Part shown: piece by piece, positions 1 to 11,863 of the stretch
Layout of the letters: every line of letters begins with the position of its first letter
Position numbering within the stretch: position 1 is the stretch's first letter
Assembly: GCA_964515875.1 (NCBI GenBank)
Contig: CAZEWJ010000001.1
Coordinates: forward strand, 88,740 to 152,739
DNA length: 64,000 nt
Direction: 5' to 3'
Source of the DNA: an uncultured Ignavibacteriaceae bacterium
GTDB taxonomy: Bacteria; Bacteroidota; Ignavibacteria; Ignavibacteriales; Ignavibacteriaceae
Translations under genes and position numbers: made by a program
The notes under the pieces: generated by a model
Database searches by the model: none
The model's input: only the letters and a program-made list of their open reading frames with translations
What the model was told of the DNA's origin: nothing

Positions 1-297
1 GGGCTGCAGGATATAAAAGAAGTAAATTATCAAATGGGATGGATAGTAATGAGCATCAGCGCTATTGGCATTGTAATTCCAACACCCGGCGGAACTGGTT
101 CATATCATACCCTGGCAAAATCAACACTTGTTTTGCTTTTTGGTTTTGGAGATGCAGTGAGCCTTGCATATGCTTTTGTCACACATATAATTTCATATTT
201 TTTTGCAATTTTCTTTTCCATAATAATTTTCTTTATACTGAACAAGCAGCACGATAATCTTTTAAAAGTAGTTGAAACAGAAATAGAAGAATTATGA
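1..297 (+). CDS. C-terminal fragment of a flippase-like / lysyl-phosphatidylglycerol-synthase-TM-region family membrane protein (5' end outside window)
   Basis: Frame is open from base 1. Hydrophobic TM segments and the IPTPGGTGSYH motif resemble the UPF0104/LPG_synthase_TM family. Motif memory only. Confidence 0.55.
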   Translation, partial: GLQDIKEVNYQMGWIVMSISAIGIVIPTPGGTGSYHTLAKSTLVLLFGFGDAVSLAYAFVTHIISYFFAIFFSIIIFFILNKQHDNLLKVVETEIEEL

Positions 298-938
298 AAT
301 TGATTTATTACTTATATATAGTTTTCATCCTAAGCAATTTTTCTTTTGCCCAAGTGGAATTAAGTGCTTCAATGGGGATTAACTTTATTAACTCACCTTC
401 TCTTTTTGATTATATAAATCAAAATTATATTCAGTCCGGAGGTGAAATTATTGAAGGGTTTAATGCTTCAGTTGTTTTTTCAGGAGAAGCTGGATACAAT
501 GTTAGTGAATCTTATCAGCCGGCAATAGAAATTGGTTACCTTATTAATTCTTATACATCACCAGGTTTAAATGGACAGTATGAGATGTCTTATGGTAACC
601 TGATGTTTTCAATACTAAATTATTATGTAATTAATGGGGAAGGATATAATTTTAAACTAGGCGGAGGAGGAGGTTTGAGATTTCTTAGCGCCGATGAAAA
701 ACGTCCTGCTACCGGAATAACACAAACTTTTTCTTCTGTAGGATATGGGTTTTTATTAAGAGCAGAGGGCAATACTCTGCTTGGTGGAAACATATATGCA
801 AAGATTGGTGCACAGGCAAGCTATGATTTAAATGGTGAGCCTGAAAATAATGGAACCCATCTTACCAATGCAAATGAAAATGTTAATTTCAATTCTCTCT
901 CAATAGGATTAAGCCTTGGCGTGTCTTACATATTTTAA
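294..938 (+). CDS. Putative outer-membrane beta-barrel protein
   Basis: Signal-peptide-like N-terminus (FILSNFSFAQ). Gly/Tyr-rich alternating strand pattern. Aromatic C-terminus GVSYIF. ATGA overlap with the upstream stop. Confidence 0.5.
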   Translation: MKLIYYLYIVFILSNFSFAQVELSASMGINFINSPSLFDYINQNYIQSGGEIIEGFNASVVFSGEAGYNVSESYQPAIEIGYLINSYTSPGLNGQYEMSYGNLMFSILNYYVINGEGYNFKLGGGGGLRFLSADEKRPATGITQTFSSVGYGFLLRAEGNTLLGGNIYAKIGAQASYDLNGEPENNGTHLTNANENVNFNSLSIGLSLGVSYIF

Positions 939-964
939 AAACTTTTATGCAAATGTTAGCGTAG

Positions 965-983
965 CACAGATTAGTAATCTGTG
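965..983 (+). terminator. Hairpin after the OMP gene (cacagatt-agt-aatctgtg), weak T tract
   Basis: 8-bp stem read directly. Sequence is related to the hairpin at 24030-24049 (both tagcacaga..tctgtg). Confidence 0.35.
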
Positions 984-994
984 TTACGGTTTAT

Positions 995-1855
995 TTGGAG
1001 TGTTTATTGAATCTTTTTGAAGCCATACTTCTCGGAATTCTCCAGGGATTTACTGAATTCTTACCTATAAGCAGCACCGGACATTTAACTGTTGCGGGAA
1101 AATTAATGAACCTTATTTCCCCGGAAGCTCCTGAGCAATGGACTGCATTCATAGCCGTAATTCAACTGGGGACATTGGTCTCTATACTAATTTACTTCCG
1201 GAACGATTTATGGAATATCAGTAAAGATTTTTTTACTGAGAATCTTAAAGAGAAAAAACCTTTTTCAAAGCAAAGTTTTAATTCAAGATCTGGCTGGCTG
1301 ATAATTATCGGGACAATTCCGGTTGTAGTTATTGGCATTGCATTCAAAGATATAATTGAAGGCTCACTAACAAAAAATTTATATGTTATCTCAGCAAGTC
1401 TTATCGGGTTAGCAATAATTCTTGCTGTTGCAGAAAAAACTGCCCGGTTCAGAAAAGAGATTAAAGACATTACAATTTTAGATTCATTAATTATTGGTTT
1501 TGCGCAAGCATTTGCATTAATTCCCGGCTCATCACGTTCAGGTACAACAATTACCGGGGGATTATTTGTAGGTTTGAACAGGGAATCTGCTGCACGGTTT
1601 TCTTTTCTGTTAAGTGTTCCTGCAATTCTTGCAAGCGGACTGCTTCAGCTTTATGAAGCGCTAAAGTTTATTGATTCTTCAATGGCTTTTAATCTCATTG
1701 TCTCAACAATCTTTTCTGCTGTAAGTGGGTATGCGGCAATAGATTTTCTTCTTAAATATCTAAGAAAGAATACAACCTTTATTTTTATTTATTATAGAAT
1801 AGCTTTAGGACTTACAATAATAATTATGTTACTTTTAAATATTATTCAACCTTAG
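995..1855 (+). CDS. uppP: Undecaprenyl-diphosphate phosphatase
   Basis: [14 protein letters not shown] and [10 protein letters not shown] motifs. Multi-TM protein of 286 aa. Start is TTG at 995; TTG at 1007 (giving [10 protein letters not shown]) is equally plausible. Confidence 0.9.
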   Translation: MECLLNLFEAILLGILQGFTEFLPISSTGHLTVAGKLMNLISPEAPEQWTAFIAVIQLGTLVSILIYFRNDLWNISKDFFTENLKEKKPFSKQSFNSRSGWLIIIGTIPVVVIGIAFKDIIEGSLTKNLYVISASLIGLAIILAVAEKTARFRKEIKDITILDSLIIGFAQAFALIPGSSRSGTTITGGLFVGLNRESAARFSFLLSVPAILASGLLQLYEALKFIDSSMAFNLIVSTIFSAVSGYAAIDFLLKYLRKNTTFIFIYYRIALGLTIIIMLLLNIIQP

Positions 1856-1863
1856 GAGGATGT

Positions 1864-2505
1864 ATGAAATATCTTTTTTTGTCATTGTTTTTTATCGCAG
1901 CTATTTTTGGATGTAAAGATTCAAATACCAATAAAGAGCTAAATACAAACGGCAATACAGATCAATCCAAACAGGAGAATTTAACAATGGATATAAAACT
2001 AACAGGAGACTCTATTCTCGTTGCAGTTATAGAAACGAACATGGGAACAATTGAAGTAGAACTCTTTGCTGCAGCAACACCTAAAACTGTACAAAATTTT
2101 GCAGGCCTTGCAGAGAAGGGTTATTACAATGGCATAATATTCCATAGGGTAATTGATAACTTTATGATACAAGGTGGTGATCCGACAGGAACCGGAAGAG
2201 GAGGTGAAAGTCTATGGGGAGATGCTTTCGAAGATGAAATAGTTGACACACTGAAATTTGATAAGCCGGGGCTATTCGCTATGGCAAACGCCGGACCTAA
2301 TACAAACGGAAGCCAATTCTTTATTACTACTGCAAAAACTCCGCATCTTAACGGGAATCATACAATCTTTGGAAAAGTGATAAATGGAATGGATGTGGTA
2401 AATGCAATAGAAAAGGTAAAGAAAGGTCCTGGTGATAAACCTGTTAAAGATGTTGTGATGGAAAAAGTAACAATAGAAAAAAGAGCTTCTTCTAAGGGAG
2501 AGTAA
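1864..2505 (+). CDS. Cyclophilin-type peptidyl-prolyl cis-trans isomerase, probable lipoprotein
   Basis: [24 protein letters not shown] and [12 protein letters not shown] motifs. Lipobox-like AIFGC. AGGAGG Shine-Dalgarno upstream. Confidence 0.9.
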   Translation: MKYLFLSLFFIAAIFGCKDSNTNKELNTNGNTDQSKQENLTMDIKLTGDSILVAVIETNMGTIEVELFAAATPKTVQNFAGLAEKGYYNGIIFHRVIDNFMIQGGDPTGTGRGGESLWGDAFEDEIVDTLKFDKPGLFAMANAGPNTNGSQFFITTAKTPHLNGNHTIFGKVINGMDVVNAIEKVKKGPGDKPVKDVVMEKVTIEKRASSKGE

Positions 2506-2514
2506 AATATTTTT

Positions 2515-2640
2515 AAGAGGCTGTCTTGAAACTGTCATTCCGAACTCGTTTCGGAATCTTTTTCTCTCAATATATATTAAAAACAGAAGTTGAAACAAGT
2601 TCAACTTGACAAAATTGAGCTCTTGAGACAGCCTCCTTTG
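2515..2640. repeat. Composite hairpin repeat (MITE-like) between the PPIase gene and holA
   Basis: Outer inverted arms gaggctgtct (2517-2526) and agacagcctc (2626-2635). Inner hairpin attccgaa/ttcggaat (2537-2557) is followed by cttttt, so it is terminator-like. Second inner hairpin aagttgaa/ttcaactt at 2587-2607. Confidence 0.6.
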
Positions 2641-2676
2641 AATAATAAACAGCTTTTGCGAAAAGGAAAGGTAAGT

Positions 2677-3690
2677 TTGGCGAATAATAAAACAAATATT
2701 CCATCTATACTTGAAGCTGTAAAAGAAATTAAAAAAGGAAAATTAAAACCTCTCTATTATTTTTCCGGTGATGATTCTTTTGGTATTGATACGGCATTCA
2801 AATTACTTGAGCAGAAAGTAACTCCATTATTAACATCCGATTTCGACAGAGAAACTTTTTATAGTGAAGGAAAAACTCTGCCGGATATTTTAAATTCTGC
2901 TTCAGCCTTTCCGTTTGGTTCATCAAAAAAATTAGTGATTGTAAAAGAGAGTGAGAAGATAAGAGATAAAAAAAGCCTTTTACATTATGCAGCTTCTCCA
3001 CCGGATTTTACAGTTTTAGTTTTTCTTCATTATGGGAAAATATCTAACCCTGATTCTGAAGTTTATAAAAGCCTGATTGATTCCGGTTTTCTTTTTGAGG
3101 CAAAAGAATTAAGAGGGAAAAATCTTGTTGACTGGCTTATTGATTACGCTGAATCGAAAGGCAAAATCCTTACAGAAGATAACGCACAGCTTTTAATTGA
3201 TATTGCAGGCGAAAACAGAAGTTTGCTTGAAACACAGGTGGAAAAGATCATTACTTTTCTCGGTGAAGAAAAGGAGATAAATCATAAAGTTATAAATGAA
3301 GTTACATCTGCATTAAAAGAGTTTTCGATTTTCGATCTCCAGAATGCTTTGGCAAAAAAGGATAAACAGAATTCTCTTAAAATTGCTTTAAAATTAATTG
3401 ATGCCGGAACAGAATCAACTCATATCATTTATATGCTTACAAGATTTTTTACAGGGCTTTCAAGGGTTAATGAAATTAAAGAGCAAAAGCTGAATGTTTA
3501 TGCTGCTTCAAGAATTGTAGGAACACATTATGCTTTTTATGATGGATACTTAAGGGCAAGATCTCTTTATTCAGATGTACAGGTTTTTAAAGCTGCACAA
3601 GCTTTATTTAAAGCAGAACTCTTAACCAAAACCACCTCTTCCGATTCTAAAAATGTAATCGCAATTCTTATAGCTGAAATTTTGGAATAA
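2677..3690 (+). CDS. holA: DNA polymerase III delta subunit
   Basis: N-terminal pattern KPLYYFSGDDSFGID and overall delta-subunit layout. I prefer TTG at 2677 (aaaggaaagg upstream), because the 2590 start lies inside the hairpin repeat. Confidence 0.7.
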   Translation: MANNKTNIPSILEAVKEIKKGKLKPLYYFSGDDSFGIDTAFKLLEQKVTPLLTSDFDRETFYSEGKTLPDILNSASAFPFGSSKKLVIVKESEKIRDKKSLLHYAASPPDFTVLVFLHYGKISNPDSEVYKSLIDSGFLFEAKELRGKNLVDWLIDYAESKGKILTEDNAQLLIDIAGENRSLLETQVEKIITFLGEEKEINHKVINEVTSALKEFSIFDLQNALAKKDKQNSLKIALKLIDAGTESTHIIYMLTRFFTGLSRVNEIKEQKLNVYAASRIVGTHYAFYDGYLRARSLYSDVQVFKAAQALFKAELLTKTTSSDSKNVIAILIAEILE

Positions 3691-3828
3691 ATCTGCACCG
3701 ACCATTTTAATATACAGTCGCAGCAGTTGTAAATTCAAAAATTCGAATTCTTTCCAATTAGCAAAGTTTTTAATTAATTTATTGTCTAATTCTGGAAACA
3801 ATTAACAAACCCGAAAGTATAAACCGAG

Positions 3829-4419
3829 TTGACGGATAAAAACCTTAATGATCTTTCTGATGAAGAATTAATCATTGAATATCAGAAAAACAATACTATA
3901 AAAGCTTTTGAAATTCTGGTACAGAGATATAAAAATTCTTTAACGAACTATGTGTTCAGATTTATTGGTGATTATGAAGCTTGTGTGGATATAGTTCAGG
4001 AGACTATGATTAAAGTTTACAGATATAAAGATTCTTATAGCTCGATTGCAAAATTCTCAACCTGGATTTATACCATTGCAGGAAATTTGGCACGCACAGA
4101 ATACCAAAGAAGAAAAAGGAAAAGAACATTTTCAATAAATGCTTACGGTGAAGAAAAGAATGAAATTTACGATATACCGGATGAGAGTTATCGCCCTGAT
4201 ATTATTACCGACAGCGGTATTAAAGATAAAATAATTCAGGATGCACTACAGAAAGTTTCAAAAGCGTACAGGGAAGTAGTAATACTTCGTGATATACAGG
4301 ATCTCTCTTATGAAGAAATTTCTGAAATAACAGGTTTAAATATTGGGACAGTAAAATCAAGAATTAACAGAGGCAGGGTTCAATTGCAGAAGATGTTAAA
4401 AGATATTTATAAGGAATAG
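3829..4419 (+). CDS. ECF-type RNA polymerase sigma-70 family factor
   Basis: Region 2 (VDIVQETMIKVYRY, FSTWIYTIAGN) and region 4 (LSYEEISEITGLNIGTVKSRINRGR). TTG start. Confidence 0.85.
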   Translation: MTDKNLNDLSDEELIIEYQKNNTIKAFEILVQRYKNSLTNYVFRFIGDYEACVDIVQETMIKVYRYKDSYSSIAKFSTWIYTIAGNLARTEYQRRKRKRTFSINAYGEEKNEIYDIPDESYRPDIITDSGIKDKIIQDALQKVSKAYREVVILRDIQDLSYEEISEITGLNIGTVKSRINRGRVQLQKMLKDIYKE

Positions 4420-4424
4420 TTGTT

Positions 4425-5003
4425 ATGATACTAAATGATGATGAACTAAAATATAAAAATGTAATCAATACACTAAAAGGACTTCCAAAAGTAAACGCCC
4501 CAGGGAACTTTGAGGCTGACTTAATGAGAAGAATTAATTCAGACCGCCTTGGGCGGGTTAAAGATAAGCAGAGTTTCTGGGAAAGATTATTTTTGCCATC
4601 AAAATTAATTCCTTCTGTAGCACTTGCTGTTAGCGCAGTCGTTTTATTTTTTATTATAAATACAAATAATGATCCTGAAGATCCATTGTTAATGGAACCA
4701 AGAATACGCGAAGATGTTATTAGTCCGGATAATATGCTGGTAATTTATCTCCCAGGGAATTATAATAAGAGTAAACAAAGAAATGTTGAAGGAGGATACA
4801 CAAATATTGGTGAGCGCAGAAATGAAAAAACTAATGCCACGCTGCAAAGCGATGATAATTTATATGTCCCAAATGATTATTATTTGATCAACAAAGAAGG
4901 ACTGAACTTCAGGCAGATTAATCTAACAAAAGAAGAACAGCAAAGATTAAGTGAACTGAAAGAGCGCTTCAAAATTCTATTAAAAAGTAAGGGCAATAAT
5001 TGA
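4425..5003 (+). CDS. Putative anti-sigma factor / single-pass membrane protein
   Basis: Starts 6 nt after the ECF sigma gene. One TM segment (SVALAVSAVVLFFII). No recognisable catalytic motif, so the call is by context only. Confidence 0.4.
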   Translation: MILNDDELKYKNVINTLKGLPKVNAPGNFEADLMRRINSDRLGRVKDKQSFWERLFLPSKLIPSVALAVSAVVLFFIINTNNDPEDPLLMEPRIREDVISPDNMLVIYLPGNYNKSKQRNVEGGYTNIGERRNEKTNATLQSDDNLYVPNDYYLINKEGLNFRQINLTKEEQQRLSELKERFKILLKSKGNN

Positions 5004-5101
5004 TTTTCTGAGTTTTTTCCCCTCTTTTAGCATTGGAATTCATTTCTAACATCTATATATTTAACCCTACATTTTTGAATATTAAACAAGGTTAGAATTA
5101 A

Positions 5102-5347
5102 ATGAAAAAAGGAATTCATCCCGAATACAGACCTGTAGTTTTTCAGGATGCCTCAGCTGAGTTTGCAATATTAACCCGTTCAACAATCAAAACTACCGAC
5201 ACAATTGCATGGGAAGATGGAAAAACTTACCCTGTTGTAAAATTGGAAATCTCAAGTGCTTCGCATCCGTTCTTTACAGGAAAACAAAAACTTGTTGATA
5301 CTGCAGGAAGAGTTGAGAAATTCAAAAAGAAATATGCCCCAAAGTAA
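5102..5347 (+). CDS. rpmE2: 50S ribosomal protein L31, type B (no CxxC zinc motif)
   Basis: MKKGIHPEY ... [13 protein letters not shown] ... [10 protein letters not shown]. Lacks the cysteine pairs of type A. Confidence 0.88.
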   Translation: MKKGIHPEYRPVVFQDASAEFAILTRSTIKTTDTIAWEDGKTYPVVKLEISSASHPFFTGKQKLVDTAGRVEKFKKKYAPK

Positions 5348-5373
5348 TTTTTAATTTTATCTTAATATTTAAC

Positions 5374-5399
5374 AAGCCAGGTTTATTCTGGCTTTTTTA
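5374..5399 (+). terminator. Rho-independent terminator after rpmE2
   Basis: aagccag / ctggctt stem followed by a T tract. Confidence 0.7.
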
Positions 5400-5480
5400 T
5401 TTTAAAGTATATCTTGTTTTATGTTTAGGATTGTTTAATAAAAATTATTTACAGAACTTAATCCAAATTCTTTCTTAATT

Positions 5481-5714
5481 TTGAATATGAAAAAGAGAAT
5501 TAAATTTATCTTAATAATCTCGATTGTTATCCGGGTAGCTGTCTTAATTGCTTTGCCTAAGCTTAGCTCATCAGGTGATCAGGAAGCAGGATATTATTCA
5601 GTTGAATGGAATAGTAAAAATAATTTTGGCAATCCAGTTTCAAGCGGAATGTATCTTTACCAGATTAAAGCGGGTGATTTTGTTAAAGTACATAAAATGA
5701 TCTTATTAAGGTGA
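5481..5714 (+). CDS. Mini-ORF: signal/TM segment fused to the distal half of a T9SS C-terminal sorting domain (possible gene remnant)
   Basis: The C-terminus GYYSVEWNSKNNFGNPVSSGMYLYQIKAGDFVKVHKMILLR aligns with the tail of the 468-aa T9SS protein at 56588-57994 (AGNYSLTFNASGLPSGVYFYRLTSGSFNQTRKMILLR). ATG at 5487 is the likelier start. Confidence 0.45.
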   Translation: MNMKKRIKFILIISIVIRVAVLIALPKLSSSGDQEAGYYSVEWNSKNNFGNPVSSGMYLYQIKAGDFVKVHKMILLR

Positions 5715-5733
5715 TAGATTCGTTTTACAGTTT

Positions 5734-5767
5734 AAGGCTGTTGTAATTATTTTACAACAGCCTTTTT
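5734..5767 (+). terminator. Rho-independent terminator
   Basis: 13-bp stem aaggctgttgtaa / ttacaacagcctt followed by ttt. Confidence 0.75.
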
Positions 5768-5915
5768 AAATTCTTAATTACTGAAATTAACGCAATGAAA
5801 ACAGACCAAATTGTTAATATTAATAGCTTGCTCGTAGTTGATCTCTAAAATCCTCTCAGGATTCTTACTTCAAAAAATGCTAAATTTATAAATAAAATTT
5901 ATATTTAAGGGCAAT

Positions 5916-7184
5916 ATGCAACTCTGTATCTTCGAGGATAAAAAAGCTTCCAACTTTTTACCTTTAACTTATTCGAGACCAGTATATGATCTTATTTGCG
6001 GGTATTCTTCCTTAAAAAATAAGATATTCAGAGTATTCCCATCTTTAAAGCATTCAACTCATTGCAGAGGTTACTTGAGTAATGTTACTGCACAAAATAA
6101 TCCGGGGATTTTAATTAATTCTTTTGAAGATGAGGAATGTTTATTTATTAATGGAAGAATAATAGCCGACAGCAATCTTGCTAAAGTCTTTTCTAAAAAG
6201 GGAAAAGAAAATGTTGTTTATGTTTCTGGTGATACTGTTATAGCTGCCTTCTTATCAGGTACAAAGTTAGAATCATTTAAAAACAATCTTAAAGATAGTA
6301 TTGACATAGAAGATTTTGATGGAATTCCTGTTGAAGAAATTGAAATTAAAACCATCAATTATATATGGGATATTATAAATCTTAATGGAAAAGAATTAAC
6401 TAAAGAGTTTGAAACACAGTTCAATAAAAGAAAGAAAAAAAATCAGAAGAAAATTTCAGGAAAAGTTTTTAACGGAGTTCATTTAGTAAATAAAAAAGAA
6501 ATTATAATAGAAAAAGGTGCAATTGTTAAACCCGGTGTTGTAATTGATGCTTCAAAGGGTCCTGTTTTTATTGATAAGAATGCAGAAATATTTCCCAATG
6601 CTGTAATTGAGGGACCAGCTTATATTGGTGAAGCATCAAAAATTAAAAGTGCTGCAACTATATATGAGAATACCAGTATCGGTAAAGTTTGTAAAGTAGG
6701 TGGAGAAGTTGAAGGCACTATAATAATGCCTTATAGTAATAAACAGCATGCCGGATTTATAGGACATGCCTATCTCGGAAGCTGGGTAAATCTTGGAGCC
6801 GATACAAACAACAGCGATTTAAAAAATAATTACAGCAACGTAAAAGCTTATGTAAATGGCCAAATGATTGACAGTGGTTCTCAGTTTTTAGGACTAACTA
6901 TGGGCGATCATTCAAAGGCAGCTATAAATACAATGTTTAATACAGGAACTGTTGTAGGCTTCTCTTGTAATATTTTCGGATCGGGTTTCCCAAATAAATT
7001 TGTACCATCATACACCTGGGGAGGTGCTGAGAATTCAAAAGTTTATGATGTTGAAAAATGTATTACAACTGCAAAAATAGTTATGGGAAGAAGAAATAAA
7101 ATTATGAGTGAGGATGAAGAAAATCTTTTCAGGAAGATATTTGAATTAACAGAGATAGAACGAAATAGTGTAATAACAGCTTGA
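5916..7184 (+). CDS. Putative sugar nucleotidyltransferase with a left-handed beta-helix (GlmU-related, TIGR03991-like)
   Basis: Hexapeptide-repeat region (IIEKGAIVKPGVVIDASKGPVFIDKNAEIFPNAVIEGPAYIGEASKIKS...). The family name is from memory. Confidence 0.55.
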   Translation: MQLCIFEDKKASNFLPLTYSRPVYDLICGYSSLKNKIFRVFPSLKHSTHCRGYLSNVTAQNNPGILINSFEDEECLFINGRIIADSNLAKVFSKKGKENVVYVSGDTVIAAFLSGTKLESFKNNLKDSIDIEDFDGIPVEEIEIKTINYIWDIINLNGKELTKEFETQFNKRKKKNQKKISGKVFNGVHLVNKKEIIIEKGAIVKPGVVIDASKGPVFIDKNAEIFPNAVIEGPAYIGEASKIKSAATIYENTSIGKVCKVGGEVEGTIIMPYSNKQHAGFIGHAYLGSWVNLGADTNNSDLKNNYSNVKAYVNGQMIDSGSQFLGLTMGDHSKAAINTMFNTGTVVGFSCNIFGSGFPNKFVPSYTWGGAENSKVYDVEKCITTAKIVMGRRNKIMSEDEENLFRKIFELTEIERNSVITA

Positions 7185-7188
7185 TTAT

Positions 7189-8580
7189 ATGACTCAGCTT
7201 GAAGTACATAAAATAAAAGATCTATACGACGGTGTAAGAGGATTAGCAGTAAAAATTTTAAACCGGGTTGAAAGAACAGACAGCTATCTTGATAAGCTAC
7301 TCGATTATGAAATGAAAAATTCGGAACTCATTGGTCCTGATAAAGCCTTACTATTTGAAATCGTGCATGGAGTAATCAGGTGGATGGGAAGATTGGATTG
7401 GGTGCTGAATGGATTTTATAAAGGGCAATTTTCTAAAGCAATTCCAAATCTTAAGAACGGGCTTCGTGTTGCTCTCTACCAGATTTTATTTTTAGACAGG
7501 GTTCCAGATTATGCTGCTGTAAATGAAGCTGTTGAGTTTGTAAAAAAGCTCCAGGGACAGAAACCTGCCGATCTTACAAATGCTATTTTAAGAAATATTG
7601 TAAGAAGTAAGAACGGTATCCGTTATCCTGATCCAAATGAAGATTTAATTGGCTATCTCAGCGCTTATTATTCTCATCCATCGTGGATGGTTAAAAGATA
7701 TCTTACAAGGTTTGGAAGAGAAGAGACGGAAAAGCTTCTCACAGCAAATAATGAAAAACCTTTTCTTACTTTAAAAATTAATTCTGTTAAAACAAACCCT
7801 GTTGAATTTAAATCCCTGCTCGATTCTGTTAATCTCAGATTTTTACCAGGAAAGTATCTCCCGGAATTTTTTAAACTTCAGAATCTCACAAACATTACTG
7901 CATGGGAATATTATGGGAAAGGATATTTTAATATTCAGGATGAGAGCGCAGGACTTGCATGCAGGCTGCTTGATGTAAGACAAGGAATGAAAGTTCTTGA
8001 TATGTTTGCAGCTCCGGGAGGTAAAACAGCTTACATTGCCAGCCTAATGAATGATGAAGGTGAAATTACGGCTATGGACAGGTTTGAAAGCAGGCTCAGT
8101 ATTCTTGACAAGAATATGGAAAGATTAGGATTTAAATCAATAAAAACATTTGCTGCCGATGCAATGGAATTTTCGCCGGGATCCCGGCTTCAGTCGGGAA
8201 ATGATGGTTTGTTTGACAGAGTTCTTGCAGATGTTCCTTGTTCAGGTACAGGAACTCTCTCCAAAAAACCTGATATTAAATGGAAGAGAGATTTGATCGA
8301 TATAAGCAGGATGAATGAAAATCAGCTGAAATATATTACAAAAGCAGCTTCGCTTGTTAAACCGGAAGGATATTTTGTTTACTCCACTTGTTCAATCGAA
8401 CCCGAAGAGAATTTCAGCATCGTTGAAAAGTTTTTGAATAATAATACAAACTATCAGCTCATTAGTGCAAAAGGGATTTTTCCTGATGAGTTAGTTGATG
8501 AACATGGATGCATTCAAACTTTGCCTCACGTTCACCAGATGGATGGAGCATTTGCAGCCAAAATCTGGAGAGTTGGATAG
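7189..8580 (+). CDS. rsmB: 16S rRNA (cytosine-C5)-methyltransferase RsmB/Sun
   Basis: NusB-like N-terminus. DMFAAPGGKT SAM motif. DVPCSGTGT and YSTCS catalytic-Cys motifs. Confidence 0.85.
   Translation: MTQLEVHKIKDLYDGVRGLAVKILNRVERTDSYLDKLLDYEMKNSELIGPDKALLFEIVHGVIRWMGRLDWVLNGFYKGQFSKAIPNLKNGLRVALYQILFLDRVPDYAAVNEAVEFVKKLQGQKPADLTNAILRNIVRSKNGIRYPDPNEDLIGYLSAYYSHPSWMVKRYLTRFGREETEKLLTANNEKPFLTLKINSVKTNPVEFKSLLDSVNLRFLPGKYLPEFFKLQNLTNITAWEYYGKGYFNIQDESAGLACRLLDVRQGMKVLDMFAAPGGKTAYIASLMNDEGEITAMDRFESRLSILDKNMERLGFKSIKTFAADAMEFSPGSRLQSGNDGLFDRVLADVPCSGTGTLSKKPDIKWKRDLIDISRMNENQLKYITKAASLVKPEGYFVYSTCSIEPEENFSIVEKFLNNNTNYQLISAKGIFPDELVDEHGCIQTLPHVHQMDGAFAAKIWRVG
8174..8198. repeat. GC-rich hairpin element in frame inside rsmB
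   Basis: Perfect palindrome ccgggatcccgg (8176-8187). Hairpin cccggc-ttca-gtcggg (8183-8198). Encodes SPGSRLQSG. Near-identical core occurs in recG at 63461-63480. Confidence 0.6.
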
Positions 8581-8614
8581 GAAACATCAGCACATTAATA
8601 TAGAGTTTTGTTTT

Positions 8615-8705
8615 GTCATTGCGAATCCCACGTTAGTGGGATGAAGCAATCCATAGAATAATTTGGAGATTGCTTCGTTTCCCGCAAGGCGGGACTCGCA
8701 ATGAC
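8615..8705. repeat. Two inverted copies of a GTCATTGCGA...GAAGCAATC hairpin unit
   Basis: gtcattgcgaatcccacgttagtgggatgaagcaatcc ... ggagattgcttcgtttcccgcaaggcgggactcgcaatgac. Each unit carries its own GC hairpin. Confidence 0.75.
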
Positions 8706-8762
8706 GATAAAAATAACAGTGTTTAATCTCAATAAATTTCTAAGAAATAAATTTGGATAGAT

Positions 8763-11619
<2,857 letters not shown>

Positions 11620-11651
11620 TATTAATTAGTCTATTTGTACAAAATAAAAGG

Positions 11652-11792
11652 AACTCACTCTAATCTCTCTCTTAAAAAAGAGAGAGACTTATTGGTTAGG
11701 AAACAATAAAAAATATTTCTTGACAGAATATAAACATTAAGTCATAAGCTTTTATAAGCCCTTCTCTTTAGAAGAGAAGGGTTGGGATGAGC
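11652..11792. repeat. Two hairpin mini-elements in the ligA 3' intergenic region
   Basis: tctctctct-taaaaa-agagagaga (11664-11687). cccttctctt-tag-aagagaaggg (11759-11781) followed by ttgggatgagc. Confidence 0.5.
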
Positions 11793-11863
11793 TCCAAAGT
11801 TTTAAAAAAATATTTTCTAAACTAAACCCAACAGGTTTTGTTTAAAGATTAAAATAAAAACGA

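Noticed and set aside
2590-2676. Longest-ORF N-terminal extension of holA (MKQVQLDKIELLRQPPL...)
   Set aside because: These codons lie inside a nested hairpin repeat (2515-2640). A TTG at 2677 with an upstream purine-rich stretch gives a normal HolA N-terminus.
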